From assembly GCA_036447375.1 (NCBI GenBank), contig JAZFUU010000071.1, positions 1-63,146 of the forward strand: a stretch of 63,146 nt of DNA, written 5' to 3'. This DNA comes from Myxococcota bacterium (GTDB taxonomy: Bacteria > Myxococcota_A > UBA9160 > SMWR01). The translations under genes and the position numbers were made by a program. How positions within the stretch are numbered: position 1 is the first letter of the stretch; each line of letters begins with the position of its first letter. Under the pieces are notes generated by a model. That model saw only the letters and a list, made by a program, of their open reading frames with translations, did not search any database and was not told the DNA's origin. Of this stretch, positions 22,487-31,750 are shown in pieces.

Positions 22487-23496
22487 GACTCCCCCCGCGC
22501 GGCTGCAATCGAGGCGGGTAGCCTCTCGCGCACCTCATCGACGCTCGCCGTAGCCGTTCCGACCTTGCCCACCACCACCCCGGCGGCGGCGTTGGCGATG
22601 GCCGCCGCCTCGAGCAGGGAGCCCCCTGCCCGCAGGGCAAGTACCAGCGCGGCGATCATGGTGTCTCCGGCTCCCTGAACGTCGAAGACTTCGCGCGCGA
22701 CGGTGGGAACGCCCAATCCCTCGGCATCCCCCTCGAAGAGGGTCACGCCGGCGGCCCCCCGGGTCACGACCACAGCGCAACCGCCAAGCTTCTGGCGCAG
22801 TCGCCCGATCGCCCGCGTCAAGTCCTCGGCGGTCCGGACCGGCAGCCCGGTCAGAGTCCCCACCTCGCGCAGATTGGGCTTGATGAGCGACGCGCCGCGA
22901 TAGGGAGCCAGTGTCTGCTTCGGATCCACCGCGACGGGAATGCCGGCGGCCTGGCTGCGGCGCATGATCTCCGCCGCAAGTCGGTTCGAGAGCACCCCCT
23001 TTCCGTAGTCTTCGACGATGACGCCGTCGACCGATGGGAGCGCCCGCCCCACCTCGTCCAACAGACGGCGTCGGACGGGGCCGGGCAGCGGATCCAGGGT
23101 CTCGCGATCGAAGCGCACCACCTGTTGAGAGCGGGCGATGATGCGCGTCTTTCGGGTGGTGGGGCGCCCAGGCGCAACCACCAGTCCGCCGGGATCGACC
23201 CCGAGGTCCTTGAGTAGATCCATCACCCGGCGACCCCCCGCATCGTCGCCGAGGACCGAACACAGGGCCGCGGAGCCCCCCAGGGCGATGATGTTGCGGG
23301 CGACGTTGGCCGCTCCCCCGAGCACCAGGGTCTCATCGCGAACGTGAACCACGGGCACCGGCGCTTCGGGGCTGACCCGGTCCACTTCGCCCCAGACGTA
23401 TTCGTCGAGCACGACGTCCCCGATCACGAGCAGTCGCACGCGCGGGAATTCGTCGAGTAGCGATCGCAGGCGTCCGAGATCGAGACCGCTCATCAC
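22483..23496 (-). CDS. D-glycero-beta-D-manno-heptose-7-phosphate kinase (RfaE domain I / HldA-like PfkB kinase)
   Basis: 337 aa: VLVIGDVVLDEYVWGEVDRVSPEAPVPVV, LGGAANVARN, and the C-terminal DVQGAGDT PfkB motif. There is no adenylyltransferase domain. Confidence 0.85.
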   Translation of the reverse strand: MMSGLDLGRLRSLLDEFPRVRLLVIGDVVLDEYVWGEVDRVSPEAPVPVVHVRDETLVLGGAANVARNIIALGGSAALCSVLGDDAGGRRVMDLLKDLGVDPGGLVVAPGRPTTRKTRIIARSQQVVRFDRETLDPLPGPVRRRLLDEVGRALPSVDGVIVEDYGKGVLSNRLAAEIMRRSQAAGIPVAVDPKQTLAPYRGASLIKPNLREVGTLTGLPVRTAEDLTRAIGRLRQKLGGCAVVVTRGAAGVTLFEGDAEGLGVPTVAREVFDVQGAGDTMIAALVLALRAGGSLLEAAAIANAAAGVVVGKVGTATASVDEVRERLPASIAAARGES

Positions 23497-23583
23497 GCGG
23501 GGAAGAACTGCGGCACCCCGACCTCTCCGAGTATCCGCATCGCAGTCCGCATCGGTTCGGGGTGGCGCATGGGTACCGCGAAT

Positions 23584-24099
23584 CTACTCGTTGTACTTCT
23601 CGACGACGAGGTCGGTGATGTCCAGCGCCTCGCGGGCATAGAGAAGACCCGGTGTCTGGCGGTGCAGGATCATCGTGAATTCGTTCTCTCTCCCGATCGT
23701 TTCGATGATTTGGCCCAGCTTCTTCATGAGCGGTCCCTTGAGGCGCTGCTCGTCGAGCTTGAGCCGGTTCTGGAGTTCCTTCACCTTGCTCTCGAGCTCG
23801 TTCTGGACCTCGGCCAGGTCGAGCTGCTTCTGGAATCGAGCCTCGTCGGAGATCACGAACCGTTTGGCCTTGAAGTCGTCTTCCATCTCGCGCAGCCGCT
23901 CGATCAGCGGTTGGACCTTCTGCTCCGCTTCGCGCTGCTTGCGGGTGAGCTCCTCTCTGGCGGCCTTGCCCTCGGCCGTTGCGCTGATCGCCTGGTCGAT
24001 GTCGACGATCCCGATCTTCGCCGGCTCGGCCCCGGTGGCCGACCCCCCCATGGCGATGCTGAACAAGCCGAGCAAGACGATGGTCCTGCGAATCCTCAT
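23584..24099 (-). CDS. skp: Periplasmic chaperone Skp (OmpH family)
   Basis: Internal ATG (MRIRRTIVLLGLFSIAMGGSATGA signal peptide), then IGIVDIDQAI and a long charged coiled region typical of OmpH. Lies immediately downstream of bamA. Confidence 0.85.
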   Translation of the reverse strand: MRIRRTIVLLGLFSIAMGGSATGAEPAKIGIVDIDQAISATAEGKAAREELTRKQREAEQKVQPLIERLREMEDDFKAKRFVISDEARFQKQLDLAEVQNELESKVKELQNRLKLDEQRLKGPLMKKLGQIIETIGRENEFTMILHRQTPGLLYAREALDITDLVVEKYNE

Positions 24100-24163
24100 G
24101 ACATCGATCCCCCTGAAAAAATGCATCGCGCCCCAGACCAGGGCCTGGAAGTCCACTGCGGAC

Positions 24164-27100
24164 TCAGAAGCCCACACCGCCGACCGAAAATTCGAATACG
24201 GGTGAATCCTCTATCGAGAGACGATTAATCGGCCAGCCGAGCACGACGGCCAACGGGCCGAACGGCGAAAACCACTGGACTCCCGCCCCCGTACCGTAGC
24301 GCCACTCGGTCACGTCGAACAGGTTGTCCCCCTCGGCGAAGGTATTACCGATGTCGAAGAACACCACGCCCATGAGGCCCAGGGTCGGCGAGATCGGAAA
24401 ACGGTACTCCACGCTGCTCGTGATGAACTTGTTGCCGCCGACGACATCGGTCAGGTCCAGATTGGCAAAGTCCTTGTCCTTCTTGTCGTCGATCGAGTTG
24501 CATTGATCTCTGGGAATAACAGTGCCGCTGGAGTCGACACACTCAGTACTGAATACCCCGGTCACGGGGTCCACGACCTCGATCGTGCCGAGTGGCCGAA
24601 ACGCGCCCGAAGCCCCTTGGGTGACGATCGAACGCCGGGGACCCACGGTCCGTCCCTTGTAGCCACGCAGCTGAAACGCCCCGAGCCCCCCGAGGAAGTA
24701 GCGCTCCGAGAGGGGCAACTCGAGATCGGTGTCGATCTCGTCGAGACCCGCCAGCGATCCATCCGTAACAATCGACGGGTCGAGCGACTCCAATCCGTAA
24801 TCGTCGATCGTATTGAACGGCAGGACGTATCCCAGACTCGTGGAGACGACGAAGGTCGAGCGCTCGAAGAGCCAGCCCGGAGCTCCGAGAAACCAGGAGG
24901 CGCGGCCTTCGACGCGAAAGAATTTCGAGAAGCCGCCCAGCCCCGCTCCCTCCAGGGATCCGCCCAGCCGATAGCCCGAAGTCGGCGCCAGCCGATCGTC
25001 CCGGGTGTCGGTGGCGAAGCTCAGGCCCAGCATGCTGCTGGTGAGGTTGGTCTGGATCAGCTCCCGAAAGATGACCGCGGCGGCGTTGACGCCGGTGTCT
25101 TGAAAGATATCGCGGAGGGCAAAGCTGTAGCGGAAAAAGCCCCGGCTGCGACCGTCCTCGCTGAGGGCGTGGCCCGCCGTCAATTCCGCACCGAGCTGTC
25201 GCTGCCGGAAATTGGAGTTGTTGAAATCAACCTCGGTGAGAAACCCCGTGAGACCGAGGCTGAACTCCGATCCCAGGAAGCGCGGATCCGTGACGCTGAG
25301 GAAGAAACGCTGGGTCTCACCGCCATACTGCACGCTGACGTTGGCCCGATAGCCGCGCCCGAACAGATTGGACTCGGACAGTGACCCCTGGGCGACGAAA
25401 CTGTCGGCGGAGGAGAAGCCCGCGCCAAAGCTGAAGGATCCCGTGGGTCGCTCGACGACGGAGACCTTGAGATCGAGCTGGTCCGGAGCATCCGTGGGCT
25501 CGGGCTCGATGTCGATCTCCTCGAAGAAGCCCAGCGACCGCAGCCGGTACTGGGCAATGCGGTGGGCCCGCTGGGAGTAGAGTTGGCCTTCGACCAGCGG
25601 GATCTCCCGGCGCAACACGGAGTCGACGGTGCGCGTATTGCCGCTCATGTGGATGCGCCGGATGAAATAGAGGGGTCCTTTGCGCACATCGAAACGAACG
25701 TCCACGACGCCCTCTTCTTCCGACAGCTTCGTCAGTGGGGTGACGTTGGCAAAGTAGAAACCCCGATCGGTGTAGCGCTGGGTGAGGAGCGCCACGTCAT
25801 CCGAAAGATGACTCCGGTTGAAGACCTCTCCCTCCTTGAGGAGAAAATCGTCTTCCAGATCCTCGAGCTCCACGGTGTTCTCGCCGGACACCTCGACTTT
25901 CCCCACCCGGTACTCCCGACCTTCTTTGATCTGGACAACAACTTCGAGGCCCGCGGAAGTGGGCAAGACGTCGGGCTGACCGATCTCGACGCGCACATAG
26001 CCGGCGTCGGTGTACTTCCGCTCGATGGAGCGCAGATCCTGGATGAAGAGCGGCTCGGAATAGGTGCCGGATTTGTCGAACCAAGCCGTCGCATAAGACC
26101 AGGGCTTCCAGGTCCGGGTCTGAAAACCCTCCCGAAGCTCGCGGTCCGAAAAACGCTGGTTGCCCCGAAACTCGATCTTCCGGAGCCGAAGCTTCTCGTT
26201 CTCGGTCACCCGGAAATCGACGGCTACCGAGGCCTCACCGTAGGGCTCGATCTCAAAATCGACCTCGGCCAGGTAGAAGCCCTGGGCGCGGTAGAGGGCT
26301 TCGATCCGCCCACGATTCTCGAACAGCAGCGGCTGATCCAGGGTGGAGCCGGTCGTCAGGGTCAGAATATCCGTGATGTCTTCGGCGCTGATCTCCTCGT
26401 TGCCGGAGATGATGATCTGCCTCACCACCGGGTTCTCTTCGACCTCGAAGATGACGACCCGTCCTTTCGGGCTCGGCTCGGTCAGCACACGAACATTCTT
26501 GAAGAAGCCGAGCGAATGGACCGCCTTCACGTCCTTCGCGATCTGGCCCCGGCTGAAGGGCTGCCCGGCACGCGTAACGATGCGAACCCGGATGGCCTCG
26601 GCATCGATGCGGCGGTTGCCTCGAACGACGACGTCGGTCACCTGGAACCCGGTGGGCTCGGAGGTGGACTCTCCGAACAGGCGCTGCGACGTCACCAGCT
26701 GGAAGCTCACGACGACGCCATCGGGGCCGCGCTGGGTCTCGACGTCGACGTTGGCCAAGCCGGGATCGGCGCGCAGCATGGCCAGGTCATCCCCCAGGTT
26801 CTCGGGGTCGTAGGGCCGCCCCTCTCGAGTCTTCAGGCGGCCCCGAAGCTCATCCCGGCGCGCGTCCGCACCGATGATTTCCACTCTCACCACCGCCACC
26901 CGTGCCGCTCCCACCACCCGCTGGATCAGACGATCGGCGATCTCATCGAGCCGCGAGAGAAGCTCGTCCTCCCGCCGCGCGGTCAACACCAGGGTATGAG
27001 GACGCAGGGCAATCGAGGTGGGAGTCAGGCGGACGTCGAGACTGAAACTGCCGGCCAACTCGGTCAGGCTCCCGGTCACGACATAGTGGGCACCGAGATC

Positions 27101-27430
27101 CTCGGCAATCCGACGCAGCGCCGGATCGCCCCGGTCGGCCGTCGCTGGCTCGGCGAACCTGCGGCGCACCGCCGCGGCGTCCAAAACCCGGATTTGCCCG
27201 TCCGCCTCAAGGCGAGCGCGAATCCGCTCCGAGAGAGATTCTCCGAGGGCATCGAGGGGCTTCGCGCTGTGCACCCGAAAGGGCAGCACGGCAATCACAT
27301 GGCCCCCCGCGCGATCCCCGGCAGTCGAGGGCTGGCCTCCGGCGCCGTCGGGGAGTCCCCCTGCAAACAGGCAGATCAGAGACAGCGCGAGATGACGACG
27401 GCCAGGCCCAAATCGGCGCTCGGCCTGCAA
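24164..27430 (-). CDS. bamA: Outer membrane protein assembly factor BamA with extra N-terminal domain
   Basis: Repeated POTRA-like units (e.g. VTDVVVRGNRRIDAEAIRVRI, VRQIIISGNEEISAEDI, LRKIEFRGNQRFSDRELRE, VGKVEVSGENTV, IRRIHMSGNTRTVDSVLRREI) and a C-terminal Omp85 barrel ending VFEFSVGGVGF. I prefer the TTG at 27430, preceded by GGAGG-N5, which gives a clean signal peptide. The track start at 27547 is the alternative. Confidence 0.9.
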   Translation of the reverse strand: MQAERRFGPGRRHLALSLICLFAGGLPDGAGGQPSTAGDRAGGHVIAVLPFRVHSAKPLDALGESLSERIRARLEADGQIRVLDAAAVRRRFAEPATADRGDPALRRIAEDLGAHYVVTGSLTELAGSFSLDVRLTPTSIALRPHTLVLTARREDELLSRLDEIADRLIQRVVGAARVAVVRVEIIGADARRDELRGRLKTREGRPYDPENLGDDLAMLRADPGLANVDVETQRGPDGVVVSFQLVTSQRLFGESTSEPTGFQVTDVVVRGNRRIDAEAIRVRIVTRAGQPFSRGQIAKDVKAVHSLGFFKNVRVLTEPSPKGRVVIFEVEENPVVRQIIISGNEEISAEDITDILTLTTGSTLDQPLLFENRGRIEALYRAQGFYLAEVDFEIEPYGEASVAVDFRVTENEKLRLRKIEFRGNQRFSDRELREGFQTRTWKPWSYATAWFDKSGTYSEPLFIQDLRSIERKYTDAGYVRVEIGQPDVLPTSAGLEVVVQIKEGREYRVGKVEVSGENTVELEDLEDDFLLKEGEVFNRSHLSDDVALLTQRYTDRGFYFANVTPLTKLSEEEGVVDVRFDVRKGPLYFIRRIHMSGNTRTVDSVLRREIPLVEGQLYSQRAHRIAQYRLRSLGFFEEIDIEPEPTDAPDQLDLKVSVVERPTGSFSFGAGFSSADSFVAQGSLSESNLFGRGYRANVSVQYGGETQRFFLSVTDPRFLGSEFSLGLTGFLTEVDFNNSNFRQRQLGAELTAGHALSEDGRSRGFFRYSFALRDIFQDTGVNAAAVIFRELIQTNLTSSMLGLSFATDTRDDRLAPTSGYRLGGSLEGAGLGGFSKFFRVEGRASWFLGAPGWLFERSTFVVSTSLGYVLPFNTIDDYGLESLDPSIVTDGSLAGLDEIDTDLELPLSERYFLGGLGAFQLRGYKGRTVGPRRSIVTQGASGAFRPLGTIEVVDPVTGVFSTECVDSSGTVIPRDQCNSIDDKKDKDFANLDLTDVVGGNKFITSSVEYRFPISPTLGLMGVVFFDIGNTFAEGDNLFDVTEWRYGTGAGVQWFSPFGPLAVVLGWPINRLSIEDSPVFEFSVGGVGF

Positions 27431-27577
27431 AAATACCTCCGGTGGCTGCTGGCGGCCCAGGGCCGGGAGCCACGGCCTCCCGCTTCGCTCAAGCCGCCCT
27501 GCAGAGGTCGAGCCTACAAGCCGAGATATGGGGTGACAACACCTCACCCTCTGTATTTCTCTTTCTTTTTCAACCAG

Positions 27578-28306
27578 TCACGAGACGAGCGGGGGTACTG
27601 GCCTGTCCTCCGGGGAGTCTTCCAGATAACCATCGACGATGACCACCCGCCGATTCAGTCGACGCGCCAGCTCCAGGCTGTGGGTGGCAATCACCAACGC
27701 CGTGTCCCGGCTGCGGTTCATTTCCAACATCAGCCCGAGAACCTGCTCGGCGGTCTTGGGGTCGAGATTTCCGGTCGGCTCGTCGGCGATCAGCAGAGCC
27801 GGCTCGAGGACCAGGGCCCGCGCCACAGCCACCCGTTGTCGCTCTCCGCCGGAAAGCTTTCCCACAGACTGATCGAGACGATGCTCGAGACCGACCTCCC
27901 CGAGGAGTCGCTCGGCGCGGGGTCTCATCTCTGCGAAGCCGCGGCCACCGATCAGCCCCGGCATCATGACGTTCTCGACCGCGCTGAACTCGGGCAGCAG
28001 GTGATGAAACTGGAACTCGAAACCGAGGGTCTCGTTCCGAAAGGCCGCGAGCTCGTTGGCCCCCAGTGAAAATAGGTCCAAATTTTCGCGGTACAGCACT
28101 CGGCCCGAGGTCGGCCGATCGAGCGTACCCAGGACGTGCAACAAGGTGGATTTTCCAACGCCGGAACTCCCGAGAATGGCGAGCCGCTCGCCGGGATGAA
28201 TCGTCAGATCGATTCGGCGCAGGACCTCGATGGAGCCGCCGCCGGTGGGGAAGGATTTGCACAACCCCTCGACGCGCAGGAGCGCCCTACTCATAACGAA
28301 GGGCAT
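27578..28306 (-). CDS. lolD: Lipoprotein-releasing system ATP-binding protein LolD
   Basis: 242 aa: GSSGVGKSTLLHVLG, FQFHHLLPEFSAVENV, LSGGERQRVAVARAL, LLIADEPTGNLD. Downstream of, and overlapping, the LolC/E-type permease gene. Confidence 0.9.
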   Translation of the reverse strand: MPFVMSRALLRVEGLCKSFPTGGGSIEVLRRIDLTIHPGERLAILGSSGVGKSTLLHVLGTLDRPTSGRVLYRENLDLFSLGANELAAFRNETLGFEFQFHHLLPEFSAVENVMMPGLIGGRGFAEMRPRAERLLGEVGLEHRLDQSVGKLSGGERQRVAVARALVLEPALLIADEPTGNLDPKTAEQVLGLMLEMNRSRDTALVIATHSLELARRLNRRVVIVDGYLEDSPEDRPVPPLVS

Positions 28307-30254
28307 CCACCGGCTCGAGCCGTGAGGCCTGCCGGCTGGGAAGCAGCGTTGCGCCGAGAGCGAGCACCATGGCGATGCCCACCGCTACGGCAACCTGCCG
28401 ACTATCGAGCTGCGCCGGGAGCGTCGAGAACTGATACACACTCTCCGGAAGCGTATCGATACCGGTTACGGCCTCGATCTGGCGCTGCACCCACGCGATT
28501 TGCGCCGTCACCGAGACTCCCGCCACCACACCCAGGAAGGTGCCGACCAGACCGATCAGCGTACCCTCGATCGCGAAGATCCGTTCAATGCTGTCGTCTC
28601 GGGCCCCCATCGCCTTCAGAATCGCGATGTCGCTCGACTTTTCCATGATCATCATCACGAGTGTCGAAACGATCGCGAATGCCGCGACGACCATGATCAT
28701 CGTGAGCAGCACGAACATCATGATGCGCTCGCTCTTGAGCGCCTGAAAGAAGGCCGGATAGAACTCCTTCCAATCTCTCGTATAGAAGGGAAACCCGAGA
28801 GCCGTCTGGACCGCGTTCGCGGTCTTGCCGGATCGATAGAAGTCGGTCGTGCGCGCCTCGATGCCGTCGACAACGTTTCCCACGCGGCGGAAGTCGCGAG
28901 CCGCGGGAAGACTCGTGTAGGTGAACATCTCGTCGAACTGGAAGAAACTCGTCTCGAACACGCCGACGACTCGGAAGCGTTTCAGCCGGGGGGCCGGTCC
29001 CAGAGGCGTTCGGGGGCCGCCGAACGGGGAGATCATCAGGAGCGGATCACCCACGTTCATGCCAAAGGCGCTGGCGAGCTGACTTCCGATCACGATTCCC
29101 GGGTCCTGCTCCGAATCCACCGCCAGATCCTCCAGAGACCCGGCGATCAGGTCCTCGCGCAGATCGGTAACTTCGCCCACGCGGGACGGGTCGATACCGC
29201 GCAACCGAACGGCGGTGATCGCACCGTGGGAAGCGCGCACCATGCCCTCGGCGTCGAGGTAGGGCGACGCCGCGACGACTTCCGGTTGCCGGGTGATCGT
29301 CTCGATGACCGCTTCGTAGTCCGCGAACGCTCCGAGGCTGTTCTCCACCGTGAAGTGCGAACGATTTCCGATGATCTCATCTCTCCAGGTGCGTTCGAAG
29401 CCGTTCATCACCGAGAGCACCGTGATGATCAACCAGACCCCCGCCGCGATCCCGATCACGCAGATACCGGTGATGATCGATATGAAGGTCTGACGCCGCT
29501 TCGCCACCAGATAGCGCACGGCGATGAACCACTCGACGGTGCCCCGGGTGTCCAAGAAACCGGCGGCCGCCAGCGGAAGCAGCCCCAAGCCGACCAGAAC
29601 GAGAAACGCACCGAGCCCAGCGCCACCGGCGGCCGCCACACGCGCGTCCGGATGGGGCAAGACGAGACCGAGGACAATCCCAACCGACAGGGCAGCAGCG
29701 AGGACCCAGAGCAGTCGCTCGGCCTCGTTCCTGGGCGCGCCAGCTGAGCGATCGCGCCGAAGCCGAATGGCCAGCGCACTGCCGGCGGCGACGACAGCGG
29801 GCGCCGCCGCGTAAACGAGCCGGCCGCTGCTTCCCGCGAGCAACGCGAAGGCCACCCCCAACCAGATCAGAACTCCGTCGGCGAGTCTGGATGCCGGTAT
29901 TGCGCGCAAGGCGAGTGCGGTCAACCCGACAGCGGTCGCCACAGCCATCGCGCTGGCCGCGAATACTCTTCCCGCGGAAACCGGGCTCGTGTCTGCGGCG
30001 ACGTCCTCCAGCCCCGGCCCGCCCCAATAGACGGCGGCGACGCCCACGATGGCCGACCACGCGAAAGCTACCGCGAGCGGACTCCGCCAACCGCGAATCG
30101 CCCGGGCAAACCGTTCGAGGGCGATCACGGCGGAACCCAAGAAGAGAAGAGTGAGGGCATTGATGCCCAGGGCCAGCGCCACGATGAAGGTGAGGGCAAG
30201 GCTGCCTCCAGCCGTCGAGAGCGCATCCCAGAGCATGGGCGACAACGACGGCAT
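28287..30254 (-). CDS. lolE: LolC/LolE-type lipoprotein-release permease with a hydrophobic N-terminal extension of about 235 aa
   Basis: The C-terminal 415 aa or so are a standard LolC/E (FIAVRYLVAKRRQTFISIITGICVIGIAAGVWLIITVLSVMNGF, a MacB-type periplasmic domain, and the FtsX-like C-terminus ILKAMGA...). The 235 upstream residues are in frame, contain no stop and are strongly hydrophobic. The ATG overlaps the lysS stop (TGATG). Confidence 0.85.
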   Translation of the reverse strand: MPSLSPMLWDALSTAGGSLALTFIVALALGINALTLLFLGSAVIALERFARAIRGWRSPLAVAFAWSAIVGVAAVYWGGPGLEDVAADTSPVSAGRVFAASAMAVATAVGLTALALRAIPASRLADGVLIWLGVAFALLAGSSGRLVYAAAPAVVAAGSALAIRLRRDRSAGAPRNEAERLLWVLAAALSVGIVLGLVLPHPDARVAAAGGAGLGAFLVLVGLGLLPLAAAGFLDTRGTVEWFIAVRYLVAKRRQTFISIITGICVIGIAAGVWLIITVLSVMNGFERTWRDEIIGNRSHFTVENSLGAFADYEAVIETITRQPEVVAASPYLDAEGMVRASHGAITAVRLRGIDPSRVGEVTDLREDLIAGSLEDLAVDSEQDPGIVIGSQLASAFGMNVGDPLLMISPFGGPRTPLGPAPRLKRFRVVGVFETSFFQFDEMFTYTSLPAARDFRRVGNVVDGIEARTTDFYRSGKTANAVQTALGFPFYTRDWKEFYPAFFQALKSERIMMFVLLTMIMVVAAFAIVSTLVMMIMEKSSDIAILKAMGARDDSIERIFAIEGTLIGLVGTFLGVVAGVSVTAQIAWVQRQIEAVTGIDTLPESVYQFSTLPAQLDSRQVAVAVGIAMVLALGATLLPSRQASRLEPVDALRYE

Positions 30255-31750
30255 CAGGGCGCCTCGGACGCCTCCGAACTCCGCGGCCGGAGGTGAGGAA
30301 ACAGAATCACCTCGCGAAGGTGGGCGACATCGGCCAGGATCATCACCAGGCGGTCTACCCCGATTCCGAGACCTCCGGTGGGAGGCAACCCGTGCTCCAG
30401 CGCCGTCACGTAGTCCTCGTCGAGGGGGTGGGCCTCAGAGTCGCCGGCGGCGTGGGCCTTTTGCTGAGCCGTCAGCCGTGCTCTCTGATCGTCCGGATCG
30501 TTGAGCTCACTGAAGGCATTTCCGATCTCCATTCCCGCCATATAGGGCTCGAAGCGCTCGGCCAGGCGCGGATCCGCCGCCGATCGTTTCGCCAGGGGCG
30601 AGAGATCCAGGGGATGATCCGTAATAAACATGGGTTGAATTAGCCCCGGTTCCACTTGATCGCTGAAGAGGTCGTCCACCAGCTTGGCCCAGGTGGGCGC
30701 CCCAGCGGGATCGAGGCCGCGGCTGCGCATCGCCTCGCGCAGGGAATCGAGGTCGTCGTGTTCGAGAACGTCGATCTGGGTCGCCTCGCGAATCGCCTCA
30801 CAGAGTGGAACCCGAGGCCAGGGCGCGCTCAGGTCGAGCTTGGCGCCGCGATATTCGATTTGACGCGTGCCGCAGACCTTCGCCGCGAGCTCGCCGATCA
30901 TCTCTTCCGCGAGATCCATCATGTCGCGATAGTCCGCGTAGGCCTGGTAACACTCCATCATCGTAAACTCGGGATTGTGCTTGCGCGAAATTCCCTCGTT
31001 GCGAAAATTGTGTCCGATCTCGTAGACGCGGTCGAGTCCGCCCACCACCAGTCGTTTCAGATAGAGCTCGTCGGAAATGCGGAGGTACAGCCTCTGCTCG
31101 TAGCGATTGTGATGGGTCACAAAGGGCTCGGCGGCGGCCCCCCCGTAGATCGGTTGCAACACCGGGGTCTCCACCTCGAGAAATCCGCGCGAATCCAGGA
31201 ACGCCCGCATCGCCGAAATCGTGCGGCTGCGCAGGATCACCACACGCCGGGTTTCCTCGTTGGAGAGAAGATCCAGGTAGCGCTGACGGGTGCGCGTCTC
31301 GACATCGCTGAGTCCGTGCCATTTCTCGGGTAGGGGGCGCAGACTCTTGGCCGCGATCTGCGCAGCCCTCACATCGACGGTGAGCTCCCCGGTTCGAGTG
31401 CGCCAGATCGGCCCCTCGACCCACACGAAGTCCCCGACTTCGAAGTCCCGAATTCGATCGAACAGTTCGCCGTCGATCTCCTTCTTCTTCGCGCTCGCTT
31501 GAATTTCTGCACCGTCCTCGAAAATTTGCAGGAAGATCAGCTTTCCGAAGGAACGCACGGCGATCACCCGTCCGACCACCGCCACGACTTGCGGATCGCT
31601 CTCGAGGGCTTCGGTGTCCCGATCGTCGAAGAGCCGCCGCACATCCACAATTCGTTGGCGCGGCCCGACCCGCGCCGGATACGGATCGATCCCCTTTTCT
31701 CGCAACGCCGCGAGCCGCGCGCGCCGCGATACAAGCTCTTTTTCGCTCAC
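30254..31750 (-). CDS. lysS: Lysine--tRNA ligase (class II)
   Basis: 498 aa with an OB-fold anticodon-binding N-domain (VAVVGRVIAVRSFGKLIFLQI), RQRYLDL, FRNEGISRKHNPEFTMMECY and GGLGIGVDRLVM. Confidence 0.95.
   Translation of the reverse strand: MSEKELVSRRARLAALREKGIDPYPARVGPRQRIVDVRRLFDDRDTEALESDPQVVAVVGRVIAVRSFGKLIFLQIFEDGAEIQASAKKKEIDGELFDRIRDFEVGDFVWVEGPIWRTRTGELTVDVRAAQIAAKSLRPLPEKWHGLSDVETRTRQRYLDLLSNEETRRVVILRSRTISAMRAFLDSRGFLEVETPVLQPIYGGAAAEPFVTHHNRYEQRLYLRISDELYLKRLVVGGLDRVYEIGHNFRNEGISRKHNPEFTMMECYQAYADYRDMMDLAEEMIGELAAKVCGTRQIEYRGAKLDLSAPWPRVPLCEAIREATQIDVLEHDDLDSLREAMRSRGLDPAGAPTWAKLVDDLFSDQVEPGLIQPMFITDHPLDLSPLAKRSAADPRLAERFEPYMAGMEIGNAFSELNDPDDQRARLTAQQKAHAAGDSEAHPLDEDYVTALEHGLPPTGGLGIGVDRLVMILADVAHLREVILFPHLRPRSSEASEAP

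Noticed and set aside
27431-27547. Longer BamA N-terminus starting at 27547 (MRCCHPISRLVGSTS...)
   Set aside because: It would put about 50 mostly polar or basic residues before the signal peptide. The TTG at 27430 has a GGAGG-N5 ribosome-binding site and yields a standard signal peptide. The longer start is kept as an alternative, not excluded.
25562-28069. 835-aa plus-strand ORF
   Set aside because: Antisense to bamA and lolD. Low-complexity composition and no motifs.
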